Below the pieces are notes generated by a model that saw nothing but the letters and a program-made list of their open reading frames with translations, was not told where the DNA came from and made no database searches. A stretch of 64,000 nucleotides of DNA, from assembly GCA_040902485.1 (NCBI GenBank), contig JBBDXF010000038.1:229134-293133 (forward strand). The letters are read 5' to 3'. The translations under genes and the position numbers were made by a program. Of the stretch, positions 49,160-61,747 are shown piece after piece. Position 1 is the stretch's first letter, and each line of letters begins with the position of its first letter. This DNA is from Myxococcota bacterium. Its GTDB lineage: Bacteria; Myxococcota_A; UBA9160; SZUA-336.

Positions 49160-50401
49160 TCAGGTCGCCCGCAGCGCGTCGACGGGCCGGCCGCGACTCG
49201 CGCGGATGGCCGGCGGGATGGCGGCGACGAGGCCCACCGCAACCAGCAGCAGTGGCAGCGTCACGAGCTGATTGCGGCCGAGCGCGAACATGATCAGCGG
49301 CTCCAGGTCGAACAGCTCGATCGACGCGCGCGCGCCCTCGCCGGTGATCGGGATCGGGTGCTGCGCGAGCCAGAGCACGAGCGGAATGCCGATCGCGAAG
49401 CCGATCGCGATCCCGAGCAGGGTCAGCTGCACGGATTCGATCAGCACCAGCGCGAACACCGCGCGCGGGCGCAGCCCCAGCGCGCGCAGCACGCCGAACT
49501 CGCGCACGCGCTCGAACACCGACATCAGGATCGTGTTCAGGAGCCCGAAGCCGACCACCACGATCAGCACCGCATTGCCGATCCAGTTGCCGACGTCGTC
49601 GAGCATCATGAACTGCAGCAGGTCGGGCATGAGCTCCTGCCAGGGCAACACCTCGTAGTCTGCGCCGGGGAAGTCGGCGTCGAGCTCGCGGCCCACGCTC
49701 GCCAGACTGCCGCTCTCGGGCAGGAACACCGCGACGTGCGAAACGGCGCTGCCCGCCTCGAGGAACGCGCGCAGCTCGTCCAGGTCGACCAGTGCGCCGA
49801 AGCCGTCGAACTCGTCGTCGCCGACCGCGAACGTGCCGACCACCGTGAAGCGATCGGCCGACTGCGAGCCGAAGGCGTCGGCGGAGAGCACGATCACCGC
49901 GTCGCCGAGCGAGACGCCGAGGTTTCTCGCGAGCAGTGCGCCGAGCGTGATCTCGCGCGCGCCGTTCGCGGGCTCCGCCATGCGGCCGGCCTCGATCGAG
50001 CCGACCAGCTTCGACAGGCGCCGCTCGCGCGCCAGGTCGATGCCGAACAGCTGCACGCCGCGGCCGGTCGCGTCGTCGCGGTCGGCCGAGATCAGCCCCC
50101 AGGCCTCGAGCCGCGGCGCCCAGCCCTCCGCGCCGCTGAGCGCGTCGAGCTTGCGCTCCGCGGCGGCGTCGAGCGGCAGCGCGTAGTCGAGCGTGCGGTA
50201 CTCGCGGTAGCCGGCCAGGCTCACCTGGAAGTGGCCGGGATAGAGCCTCACCGCGTGCTCGATCCAGCGCTCGTGACTGCCGTCGCCCACGGCCAGGTTC
50301 AGCATCGAGAGCACGGTCGCGAACACGCCCGCCGCGACCGTGAGCGCGGTGCGGCGCTTGTTGCGGCCGAGGTTCCGCCAGGCGAGCCGCAACAGCATCA
50401 T
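49160..50401 (-). CDS. ABC transporter permease, FtsX-like (second copy)
   Basis: MMLLRLAWRNLGRNKRRTALTVAAGVFATVLSM... C-terminal FtsX helices (…LRALGLRPRAVFALVLIESVQLTLLG…). Its start overlaps the stop of the LolA-like gene (ATGA). Confidence 0.8.
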   Translation of the reverse strand: MMLLRLAWRNLGRNKRRTALTVAAGVFATVLSMLNLAVGDGSHERWIEHAVRLYPGHFQVSLAGYREYRTLDYALPLDAAAERKLDALSGAEGWAPRLEAWGLISADRDDATGRGVQLFGIDLARERRLSKLVGSIEAGRMAEPANGAREITLGALLARNLGVSLGDAVIVLSADAFGSQSADRFTVVGTFAVGDDEFDGFGALVDLDELRAFLEAGSAVSHVAVFLPESGSLASVGRELDADFPGADYEVLPWQELMPDLLQFMMLDDVGNWIGNAVLIVVVGFGLLNTILMSVFERVREFGVLRALGLRPRAVFALVLIESVQLTLLGIAIGFAIGIPLVLWLAQHPIPITGEGARASIELFDLEPLIMFALGRNQLVTLPLLLVAVGLVAAIPPAIRASRGRPVDALRAT

Positions 50402-51186
50402 CAGCGCGCGGCCTCGGACTGGCGCAGGTTCTTCTGCGTGAAGATCGCGTCGTCGAGCTTCACGTCGAAGGCGGCTTCCTCGAGCACGACGCGCGTCGAG
50501 TGGCCGGGCTTGTCGTTCGGCAGCATCAGCCACAGGTGCGGCAGCGGCCGGCCCGCCACCGTGCGCACGTCCGAGAAGCGCAGCTCGCGGATCGCCTCGA
50601 AGCGGCCCGGCTCGGGCTCGTCGTAGTACACGAACAGGATCGGCGCGAGCCGCTCCTTCTCGATCCACAGCTCCATGCGCGCCCAGACCACGGGCGCCTC
50701 CGGCAAGGGCGTGAGCTCGATGCCCAGCGCCGCGACGCCGTCGATCGCCTTCTCGTCGAGCAGCTTCGGCTCGTAGTCCTTCTGCAGCGACGACTCGCGC
50801 GCGAGGTCGTCGTTGGTGAAGTCGCTGCCCATCCACGGCTGCAGCATCATCGACGGCGGAATGCGCATGGCGCGCTCGACCTTCGGCAGCCAGGTCCAGA
50901 ACGCGTCGTGGTCGCGCAGGAAGCCGGTGCCCTTGTCCTTGGGCGGCTCGAGCACGCGCGAGAAGCTGCGATCGCCGAGCTGGTCGTCCCAGCTGCGGAT
51001 CACCAGCTCGCGCGTCCAGCGCGGCGTGGTGATGGTCATGCGCAGCTTCATCTCGCTGGTGTTGCCGCGCAGCGCGTCCTCGGCGCGGCGCACGAGCTCC
51101 TTCACGTCGAGCTCCTCCGCATGCGGCGCGGAGCTCGTGAAGCCGAGCAGCACGAGCACGAGCCCGACGACACCGATCCGCGTCAT
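50401..51186 (-). CDS. periplasmic outer-membrane-lipoprotein-sorting (LolA-like) protein
   Basis: Signal peptide MTRIGVVGLVLVLLGFTSSAPHA. ~260-aa beta-rich protein of the LolA-like family commonly paired with FtsX permeases. Confidence 0.6.
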   Translation of the reverse strand: MTRIGVVGLVLVLLGFTSSAPHAEELDVKELVRRAEDALRGNTSEMKLRMTITTPRWTRELVIRSWDDQLGDRSFSRVLEPPKDKGTGFLRDHDAFWTWLPKVERAMRIPPSMMLQPWMGSDFTNDDLARESSLQKDYEPKLLDEKAIDGVAALGIELTPLPEAPVVWARMELWIEKERLAPILFVYYDEPEPGRFEAIRELRFSDVRTVAGRPLPHLWLMLPNDKPGHSTRVVLEEAAFDVKLDDAIFTQKNLRQSEAAR

Positions 51187-51779
51187 GCGCTGATCCCCCG
51201 CCAAAAGACCTCCTCCGCCGCGCGAAACGGCCCCTCCAGGTCGAGCTCGGGCCGCATCAGCTTGGCGAGCATCAAGCCGTCGATGGTGGCGTCGATCAGC
51301 AGCCCCACGTCCGCCGCCGCGACCGGCCGCAGCGTTCCGTCCGCCACGCCGCGCGCGATCTGCTTTTCCACGGCGGCCTTCCACACCCCGTGCGCGCGGT
51401 CGGCCCGCACGCGGATCTCGTCGTCGCGCGCGCTCTGCGCGATGTACTCGAGCGCGAGCTTGAAGAACGGCAGGCCGGCGTCGAACTGCTGGCGCACGCG
51501 CGCGAACACCTCGTGCAGGGCGCTGCGCCAGTCCGGGGCGTCGGCCACGGCCTCGAGCTCCTGCAGCGCGCGCTCCGAGAAGCGGTCGACCAGCGCCAGG
51601 AAGAGCTCGCGCTTGCCCGCGAAGTGCCAGTAGATCGCGCCCTTGGAGAGCCCGGCCCGGGCCGCGATGTCGTCGACCGAGGTCTCGTGGTAGCCGCGGG
51701 CCGCGAAGCCGGCGAGCGCCGCGTCGAGGATCTCGCCCCGGCTGATCTCGGGCTTCCTGCGCGCCGCTCGCCGCGCCAT
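51183..51779 (-). CDS. TetR-family transcriptional regulator
   Basis: N-terminal HTH ILDAALAGFAARGYHETSVDDIAARAGLSKGAIYWHF. Divergent from ileS. Confidence 0.85.
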   Translation of the reverse strand: MARRAARRKPEISRGEILDAALAGFAARGYHETSVDDIAARAGLSKGAIYWHFAGKRELFLALVDRFSERALQELEAVADAPDWRSALHEVFARVRQQFDAGLPFFKLALEYIAQSARDDEIRVRADRAHGVWKAAVEKQIARGVADGTLRPVAAADVGLLIDATIDGLMLAKLMRPELDLEGPFRAAEEVFWRGISA

Positions 51780-51917
51780 CGCTCCCCGCTCCGTAACCGA
51801 CTGACCAGTCGGTACGCTACCGGGCCGATTCGCCGCCGGCAAGCCCCGGCCGGTATGTCCCGAGGATCGCAGGACTTTTTTGCGCGGCCCCGGACCCGCC
51901 GGTAGCATCCCCCGGTC

Positions 51918-55097
<3,180 letters not shown>

Positions 55098-55117
55098 GGA
55101 CGCTCAGCCGGTCACGC

Positions 55118-58100
55118 TCAGGGCTTGCCCGAGTCCGACGGTCCCTTGGCCTCGCCCGCGGCCGGCGGGCGCTCGACGGCGGCCGCGCGTTTCGCGTGCT
55201 CGTCGAGCAGGCGCACGACCGGCGCGTACTTCCGCTCCTCCGCGAGGCTGCGCGCGGTGACTCCGCCGCGACCCGTGACCGCCGGATTCGCACCGCGCAG
55301 CAGGAGATACTCGACCACCTCTGTGTAGCCGCCCATCGCTGCGACCATCAGCGGAGTGAGTGAGCGCTCGTCGCGCGCCTCGATGTCAGCCCCGCCCTTC
55401 TCCACCAGGAGCGCGGTGCTGGGCAGGTTTCCGGCGGCCGCGGAGAAGGTGAGCGCGGTCATGCCGTCGCGGTCGCGCATGTCCGGATCGACCTTCATCG
55501 CCAGCAGGACCGCCACGACGTCGGCGTGGTCGTTGCTGGCCGCGGCCATCAGCGGCGTGCCGCCCAGATCGTTGGCCTCGTTGCCGTCGGCACCCGCCCG
55601 GAGGAGCTCGACGACGATCTCCGTCTTGCCGGCGAGCGCAGCGTAGAGCAGCGCGTTCCAGCCTCGGAAGTCGCGAGCCGAGGCCGGCACGCCGCGGCCG
55701 AGCACCTGCTTCACCTCGTCGAGATTGCCGCTGCGCGCGGCCTCGATCAGCTCGCGTTCGTCGCGCATCGCCGCGCGGCTCGCACCGCCGGGCAAGCTGT
55801 CGCCATCGCCCTCGGCGAGCTTCGCCCAGGCGGCCGCGCTCGCCCGGTCGATCGTCGCGAACACGCGCGCCATGCCCCGATCGTAGGCCTCCATCAGCGC
55901 GGTCCGACCCTTGAGATCACGCGCGAGCGGATCGACCTTCGCCTCCACCAGCAGCTCGACCACCCGAACGCTGCCGCTGCGCGCGGCCAGGTGCAGCGCG
56001 GTCTGACCGGCGGAATTCGCCGCGTTCGGATCGGCGCCCGAGGACAGCAGGCGCGAGGCGATCTCGGACTGACCCGCGGCCGCCGCGCGCATCAGCGCCG
56101 TCCAGCCGTCGCGATCGGCGGTGTTCGGCTGCGCGCCGACTTCGAGCAGGAGCGTGACGAGCGCGTAGTCGCCGCGCCGCGCCGCCTGCTGCAGCGCCGT
56201 CTCACCCGCGAGCGACGCCGTGCTCGGGTCGGCGCCCTTCGCGATCAGCTTCCGCGCGATTTCGGTCTGGCTCGACGCCGCGGCCTGCAGCAGCGCGCTG
56301 CGGCCCGATGGGTCGCGCAGGGCCGGGTCCGCTCCGCGCGCGAGCAGCAGGTCGACCATCGGCGCGTGCCCCTTGCCGACCGCGTACATGAGCGGCGTCT
56401 GACCGTTGCGGCTGGCCGCGTCGACGTTGGCACCCGCGCCCGCGAGCAGCTCGACCAGCTCGAGGTGGCCGTTCGCGACGGCGGCGCGCAGCGCGGTGGC
56501 GCCCCCGTCGTCCTTGATCTCGAGCTCGGCGCCGGCTTCGACCAGCAGCTTCGCACTGTTCAGACGGCCCGCCGACGCCGCGAACATCAGCGCGGTGCGG
56601 CCGTCGGCATTGCGCGCGTCGACGCTCGCCCCGCCCTTCAGCTCGGCGACCACGGTGGCGTCGTTGCCGCGCCAGGCCGCGTCCATCAGGATCGTGTGCT
56701 CGCCGCGCGACGCGCTGGTGCGCGCGAACGCGGGATCGCTCTCCGCCTGCTGCAGCAGCGCGGCGACGCGCGAGAAGCCGGCGCGCGCGGCCAGCTCGCG
56801 AGCCGTCGAGCCGCTCGCGTCGGTCTTCTTCGCGTCGGCGCCGGCCGAGAGCAGGAACTTCACCACCTCGAGGTTGCCCGTGGTCGCGCCGGCCATCAGC
56901 GGCGTCAGTCGCTGCTTGCCGAGCTCGAAGTCGAGGTTGGCGCCCGCCGTGGTGAGCTGCTTCAGCGCCTTCAGCTGTCCGCGCGCGGCGGCGTGCGCGA
57001 GCGCGTTCGCTCCGGTCCTGTCGGCGAGCTCGAGGTTCGCGCCCGCCTCCACCAGCTGGGTGATCACGTCGTTGCGATTGCCGCGCACCGCGAGGATCAG
57101 CGCGGTCGTGCCCTCGGCGTCCTGCTCGTCGAGCTCCGCGCCCGCCTCGATCAGCGAGCGCACGAAGTTCGCGAGGCCCATCGAGGCGCCGAACATCAGC
57201 GCCGTGCGGCCGTCCTCGCCGCGCATCGTCAGCATCGCGCTGCCGATGGTCGGATCGCCGGATCCGACGCCGGAGAACACGCGCGCCACCGCGTCGTGTC
57301 TCGCCTCGAGCGCGATCACGAGCGGCGTCAGCCCGAGGGCATTGCGCCGCTTGATGTCTCCGCCCGCGTCGACCAGGCGCAGGGCGATCTCCGGATCGCC
57401 TCGGCTCGCGGCCAGGTGCAGCGGGGTATCACCGTTCGCCGACGGCTGGTCGGGATCGGCGCCGGCGACGACCAGCTCGTCGACCTGGTCGCGGTCGCCG
57501 TTGCGCACGGCGTAGAACAGCGCGGTAGCCCCGTCCGACGCGGCCGCGTTCACTTCGGCTTTGGCCTCGATCAGCTCGGTCACGACCTTCCTGCGCCTCT
57601 GCTTGGCGGCGACCACCAGCGCGGTGGCGCCGTCGCGGCGTCGCATCTCGGTGTCGGCGCCGGCCTTGGCGAGCTCGCGCACCACGTCCACGTGCCCTTC
57701 GATCGCTGCCAGCATCAGCGCCGTCGAGCCGCCGCGATCGGTGAGATCGAGCGACGCTTTGCGCCCGACCAGCACGTAGACGACCGCGGCGCTGCCGCGC
57801 ACGGCCGCCTTCATCAGCGCGGTCTCTCCACTCGCGTCGGCTGCGTCGATCGGCGCGCCCGCGTCGAGCAACGCCTGCGCGAGCGTCGAGTCGTCGTGCG
57901 AGGCCGCCAGCTGGAGCGCCGTGTCGCCCTGCTCGCTGCGCGAGGTCGGGCTCGCCCCCCGCTCCAGCAGCAGCTTGACCGTCTCGGTCTGGCCGGTGGA
58001 CGCAGCGTGCATGAGCGCGGTCCAGCCGTCCCGGTCGGCCGAGTCCACCGGAACCTCGCGCGACAGCAGCGCCCCGACCGCCAGGCGGTCGCCCACGCGG

Positions 58101-58231
58101 GCCGCTTCGCGCAGCAGCTCCGCCTCCCGCTCCAGGTTTTCCGCGGGATCCGGCAGGTTCTGCGCATGGCCGGGCCGCGCCGCCGCGAGCAGCAGCATGA
58201 GCGAGCCGGCGACCAGCAGGAGGCGACGCAT
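55118..58231 (-). CDS. secreted ankyrin-repeat protein (~30 ANK repeats, 1037 aa)
   Basis: Signal peptide MRRLLLVAGSLMLLLAAARPGHA. Continuous 33-aa ANK repeats (DGWTALMHAASTGQTETVKLLLERGA...). Same strand as, and 52 bp downstream of, the PqiC-like gene. Confidence 0.85.
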   Translation of the reverse strand: MRRLLLVAGSLMLLLAAARPGHAQNLPDPAENLEREAELLREAARVGDRLAVGALLSREVPVDSADRDGWTALMHAASTGQTETVKLLLERGASPTSRSEQGDTALQLAASHDDSTLAQALLDAGAPIDAADASGETALMKAAVRGSAAVVYVLVGRKASLDLTDRGGSTALMLAAIEGHVDVVRELAKAGADTEMRRRDGATALVVAAKQRRRKVVTELIEAKAEVNAAASDGATALFYAVRNGDRDQVDELVVAGADPDQPSANGDTPLHLAASRGDPEIALRLVDAGGDIKRRNALGLTPLVIALEARHDAVARVFSGVGSGDPTIGSAMLTMRGEDGRTALMFGASMGLANFVRSLIEAGAELDEQDAEGTTALILAVRGNRNDVITQLVEAGANLELADRTGANALAHAAARGQLKALKQLTTAGANLDFELGKQRLTPLMAGATTGNLEVVKFLLSAGADAKKTDASGSTARELAARAGFSRVAALLQQAESDPAFARTSASRGEHTILMDAAWRGNDATVVAELKGGASVDARNADGRTALMFAASAGRLNSAKLLVEAGAELEIKDDGGATALRAAVANGHLELVELLAGAGANVDAASRNGQTPLMYAVGKGHAPMVDLLLARGADPALRDPSGRSALLQAAASSQTEIARKLIAKGADPSTASLAGETALQQAARRGDYALVTLLLEVGAQPNTADRDGWTALMRAAAAGQSEIASRLLSSGADPNAANSAGQTALHLAARSGSVRVVELLVEAKVDPLARDLKGRTALMEAYDRGMARVFATIDRASAAAWAKLAEGDGDSLPGGASRAAMRDERELIEAARSGNLDEVKQVLGRGVPASARDFRGWNALLYAALAGKTEIVVELLRAGADGNEANDLGGTPLMAAASNDHADVVAVLLAMKVDPDMRDRDGMTALTFSAAAGNLPSTALLVEKGGADIEARDERSLTPLMVAAMGGYTEVVEYLLLRGANPAVTGRGGVTARSLAEERKYAPVVRLLDEHAKRAAAVERPPAAGEAKGPSDSGKP

Positions 58232-58282
58232 GCGCTCAGAGTATCGGCCGGGCCGGAGTCCCGCTGCCGGCCGGCCCTGGCC

Positions 58283-58876
58283 CTAGCGGGGCGCTTCACC
58301 GAGCGCGCTCGCGGCCGCCGCGCCGGCCTGGTCGATCGCTTCGTCGAGTGCCTCGCCGAGCGCGCGTGCGACCGCGTCCGGGGTGTCGCCCGCGACGGGC
58401 CGCCTGGTGATGAACGTGCGATCGAGCAGCGCCTGCTGGGACGCGTCGGCCAGGCGCACCGCGAGCGCGACCACGCCCTCGTGCGCCGGCTCGAGCACGT
58501 CGTCGAAGGTGAGCAGCTCGACGGTAAGCGAGGGCGCGTCCGGCCGGGTCGCGCGGCGCAGGCCGCGCTTCTCGAACAGCTCGTGCGCGAGGCGCGCCTC
58601 GACGTAGCTCGCCGGTGGCTGCGTCCAGCGCAAGAGATCGTAGAAGCCGACCTCGACGCCGCGCCGCCACACGATGCGCCGGCGCAGGTAGTCGGCCGCC
58701 GTCACGCGGCGCAGGCGGAGCTCCGGAGCGCTCGCGCTGATCGACACGGCGTTGCCGTTCGCGGCGCTCGCCGAAGGCGCGAAGCCCGGCGAGAAGTAGC
58801 GCGGCTCGGCGGGCTGGCGCGGCGCCAGACACGCGGCCAGCAGGAGAGCTGCGGCGATCCCCAGGCGACCACTCAC
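58283..58876 (-). CDS. lipoprotein, PqiC/YmbA-like ABC-transport auxiliary component
   Basis: Lipobox LLAACLAP. ~190-aa DUF330-like protein immediately after an MCE gene. Confidence 0.65.
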   Translation of the reverse strand: MSGRLGIAAALLLAACLAPRQPAEPRYFSPGFAPSASAANGNAVSISASAPELRLRRVTAADYLRRRIVWRRGVEVGFYDLLRWTQPPASYVEARLAHELFEKRGLRRATRPDAPSLTVELLTFDDVLEPAHEGVVALAVRLADASQQALLDRTFITRRPVAGDTPDAVARALGEALDEAIDQAGAAAASALGEAPR

Positions 58877-59796
58877 GGACGCGGGCTTTCCTCGTTCGCG
58901 CGAACGGCGCGGCCGCGCACGATCGACGCCGGATCGCGCTCCAGGTAGTCGGCCAGCGTGCGCACCGACTCGAGCGTGTCCTGGAGCTCCGTCAAGCTGC
59001 TGCGCGCGTCCTCGGCCAGCGCGCTGCCGTCGGCGGTGAGCGCCGCGAACGCCGACGCCGCGTCGCGCACCGCGCCGGTCGTCTCGGCGAGCTGCGCGTC
59101 GCGCACGGCCGCGTCGAGCGAGCGCGCGGTCTGCTCGAACTGCGCGCCGGTGCGCTCGTACTGCGCGAGCACCTGCGAGACCGCGCCGCCCTCCGCGACC
59201 AGCGGCCGGATCGTCGCCTCGAAGTTCTCCACCACCGTCGTGAGGCGCGCGAGCGTCTCGCTCGCCTGCACGGTCAGCATCGGCAGCTTCATGCCCACCT
59301 CGACCACGGCCTCCTCGATGCTCTTCAGCGTCGACGGCGTCGCGGGCATGTAGTCCGGACCCGGATCGAAGGGCAGCTCTTGCACCGGGAAGCGCTTGGG
59401 ATCGAAGTAGTCGACCAGCAGGAACTTGACGCCGGTGATGCCGGCCGAGGCTACCTGGATGCGCAGCGGCGTGCGGGTCTCCTCCATCTCGCGCAGCACC
59501 GGACCCTTGCCCGCCAGGCCGAGCTTCTGCAGCACGTCCTCGTAGACCTGGCTCGTCACCTTCACGTGTCGCAGGTCGGGCGCGATCGTGATCGAAGAGA
59601 CCGAGCCCACGGGCACGCCGCGAAACTTCAGCGCCGCGCCGACCTCGAGGCCCTGCACCGACTCGTCGAAGTAGGTGACGATCGTGCGCGTCTTGCGGTT
59701 CCAGTCACCCGCGCCCAGCCAGACCAGCGCCGCGAAGGCGAGCGCGAGACCGCCCAGCACGAATGCCCCGAGCTTCCAGTAGTTGGTCGAGTTCAC
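58873..59796 (-). CDS. MCE (MlaD/PqiB-like) family protein
   Basis: N-terminal TM WKLGAFVLGGLALAFAALVWL. MCE domain ...GLEVGAALKFRGVPVGSVSSI.... Confidence 0.8.
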   Translation of the reverse strand: MNSTNYWKLGAFVLGGLALAFAALVWLGAGDWNRKTRTIVTYFDESVQGLEVGAALKFRGVPVGSVSSITIAPDLRHVKVTSQVYEDVLQKLGLAGKGPVLREMEETRTPLRIQVASAGITGVKFLLVDYFDPKRFPVQELPFDPGPDYMPATPSTLKSIEEAVVEVGMKLPMLTVQASETLARLTTVVENFEATIRPLVAEGGAVSQVLAQYERTGAQFEQTARSLDAAVRDAQLAETTGAVRDAASAFAALTADGSALAEDARSSLTELQDTLESVRTLADYLERDPASIVRGRAVRANEESPRP

Positions 59797-60551
59797 GCTC
59801 TCACTCCGCCTTCCGGCACCCGGCGATTGAAGAAGGCCGCGACGGTCGGATGGGTGCTGTGATCGCGCAGCTCGCGCGGGTCGCCCAGAGCGATCATACC
59901 TTTCGCTTCGCGGTCGAGCATCACGCAGCGGTGTCCGATCGCGAAGATGCTGGCCAGCTCGTGGGTCACGATCACCAGCGTGGTGCCGAGATTGCGCGAG
60001 AGCGTCAGGATCAGCTCGTCGAGCTCGACCGAGGTGATCGGGTCGAGGCCCGCGCCGGGCTCGTCCAGGAACACCAGCGGCGGGTCGAGCGCGAGCGCGC
60101 GCGCGATGCCCGCGCGCTTCTTCATGCCGCCCGAGAGCTCCGCGGGCAGGTGGTTCTCGAAGCCGCCCAGGCCCACCAGCCGCAGCTTGCTGCGCACCAC
60201 CTCGGCGACGTCGGCGCGCGAGAGGTCGGTCCAGGTCTCGAGCGGCAGCGCCACGTTCTGGCCCAGCGTCATCGAGCCGAACAGCGCGCCGGCCTGGAAC
60301 AGCACGCCGAAGCCCGGCATGCCGCTGCCCACGCGCGGCGGCTCGCCGTCGACCCGGATCTCGCCCTGCAGGGGCTCGTCGAAGCCGATCATGTGGCGCA
60401 TCAGCGTCGACTTGCCGCAGCCGCTGCCGCCCAGGATCACGAAGATCTCCCCGCGCATGACCTCGAAATCGAGCTGCTCGAGCAGCACGCGATCGCCGAA
60501 GCCGATCGCGACGTTCGACACCGTGATGTGTGGCTCAGAGGTCCCAGGCAT
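59793..60551 (-). CDS. ABC transporter ATP-binding protein (MlaF-like)
   Basis: Walker A GGSGCGKST. Signature LSGGMKKRAGIARA. Walker B LVFLDEP. Confidence 0.9.
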   Translation of the reverse strand: MPGTSEPHITVSNVAIGFGDRVLLEQLDFEVMRGEIFVILGGSGCGKSTLMRHMIGFDEPLQGEIRVDGEPPRVGSGMPGFGVLFQAGALFGSMTLGQNVALPLETWTDLSRADVAEVVRSKLRLVGLGGFENHLPAELSGGMKKRAGIARALALDPPLVFLDEPGAGLDPITSVELDELILTLSRNLGTTLVIVTHELASIFAIGHRCVMLDREAKGMIALGDPRELRDHSTHPTVAAFFNRRVPEGGVRA

Positions 60552-61707
60552 GGAACAGCACCGTGAAGGCCGAGTCGATCACGACCAGGAAGAACAGCGA
60601 GCTCACCACCGCCGAGGTGGTCGAGCGGCCGACGCCCTCGGCGCCGCCGCGCGTCGAGAGACCCCACTGGCAAGCGACCAGCGCGATCGCCAGGCCGAAC
60701 GCGACCGACTTCACCAGGCCCGAGCACACGTACCAGACGTCGAGCGCGTTGTGGGTCTGCCGCGCCCAGGCGGTGAACGGAACGTCGAGCGAGGCGACGC
60801 CCACCACCGCGCCGCCGGCGATCGCGAACGCGTCGCCGAGCAGCGTCAGGATCGGCAGCATCAGGGCGAGCGCGAGGATGCGCGGCAGCACCAGGTAGCG
60901 GTAGGGATCGAGCCCGATCGTGCGCAGGGCGTCGACCTCGTCGGACACGCGCATGCTGCCGAGCTCGGCGGCGAACGCCGCGCCGGAGCGTCCGGCCGCG
61001 ACCACCGCCACCATCAGCGGGCCGAGCTCGCGCGTCACGCCGATCGCGACGCCGTCCGCGACGAAGATGTCGGCGCCGTACTTGTGCAGCGTGATCGCGC
61101 CCTGGAAGGCGGTGACCAGGCCCACCAGGAACGTGATCAGGCCGATGATCGGCAGCGCGTCCGCGCCGGTGCGCTCCATGATGCGCCAGACCGAGCGCCA
61201 CGGCACGCTGCGCGGATCGCGCGCCGCGCGGCCGAACGCGACCACCGTGCTGCCGGTGAAGTCCAGGACCTGACGCGTGAACTCCCACAGCTCGAAGGTC
61301 GCGCGGCCGGCCTGCTCGAGCACCCCGGGTGCGCGCGGCGCGGGGCGCGCCTCTATCCCGCGCGGGGTGGTCGCGACCAGCTCCAGGATCTCGCGCACGC
61401 GGCCGTCCGCGCCCGCGAGCTCGGCCTCGGAGCCGCGCGCGCGCAGCTCGTCGCACAGCCCGAGCACGAGCGAGGCGGCCGCTGCGTCCAGCGAGCGCAG
61501 ACCCGCGAGATCGATGCGCACGCTCGCTGCCGGCGGCTCGAGCAGCTCGCGCATGCGCGCGAGCGCCGCCGGCGCGTCGCGCACCGCCAGGCGTCCGGAA
61601 AGGCGGAGCTCCGCGCGACCCGCCCGCGGATCGCTGCGCTCGATGCCGAAGCTCGACTCGTGCCTGGTCGCGTCTCTCACGCTGTTTCGCGTTTCCCCGA
61701 CGCGCAA
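60535..61707 (-). CDS. MlaE-like ABC permease with N-terminal STAS (MlaB-like) domain
   Basis: N-terminal ~110-aa STAS-like region (…RIDLAGLRSLDAAAASLVLGLCDELRARG…) fused to an MlaE/DUF140 permease (…ITFLVGLVTAFQGAITLHKYGADIFVADGVAIGVTRELGPLMVAVVAAGRSGAAFAAELGSM…). Confidence 0.75.
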   Translation of the reverse strand: MRVGETRNSVRDATRHESSFGIERSDPRAGRAELRLSGRLAVRDAPAALARMRELLEPPAASVRIDLAGLRSLDAAAASLVLGLCDELRARGSEAELAGADGRVREILELVATTPRGIEARPAPRAPGVLEQAGRATFELWEFTRQVLDFTGSTVVAFGRAARDPRSVPWRSVWRIMERTGADALPIIGLITFLVGLVTAFQGAITLHKYGADIFVADGVAIGVTRELGPLMVAVVAAGRSGAAFAAELGSMRVSDEVDALRTIGLDPYRYLVLPRILALALMLPILTLLGDAFAIAGGAVVGVASLDVPFTAWARQTHNALDVWYVCSGLVKSVAFGLAIALVACQWGLSTRGGAEGVGRSTTSAVVSSLFFLVVIDSAFTVLFHAWDL

Positions 61708-61747
61708 GGTAGCATGGCCCGGCGCTTAGCCGCGAAGGAGTGAGCCG

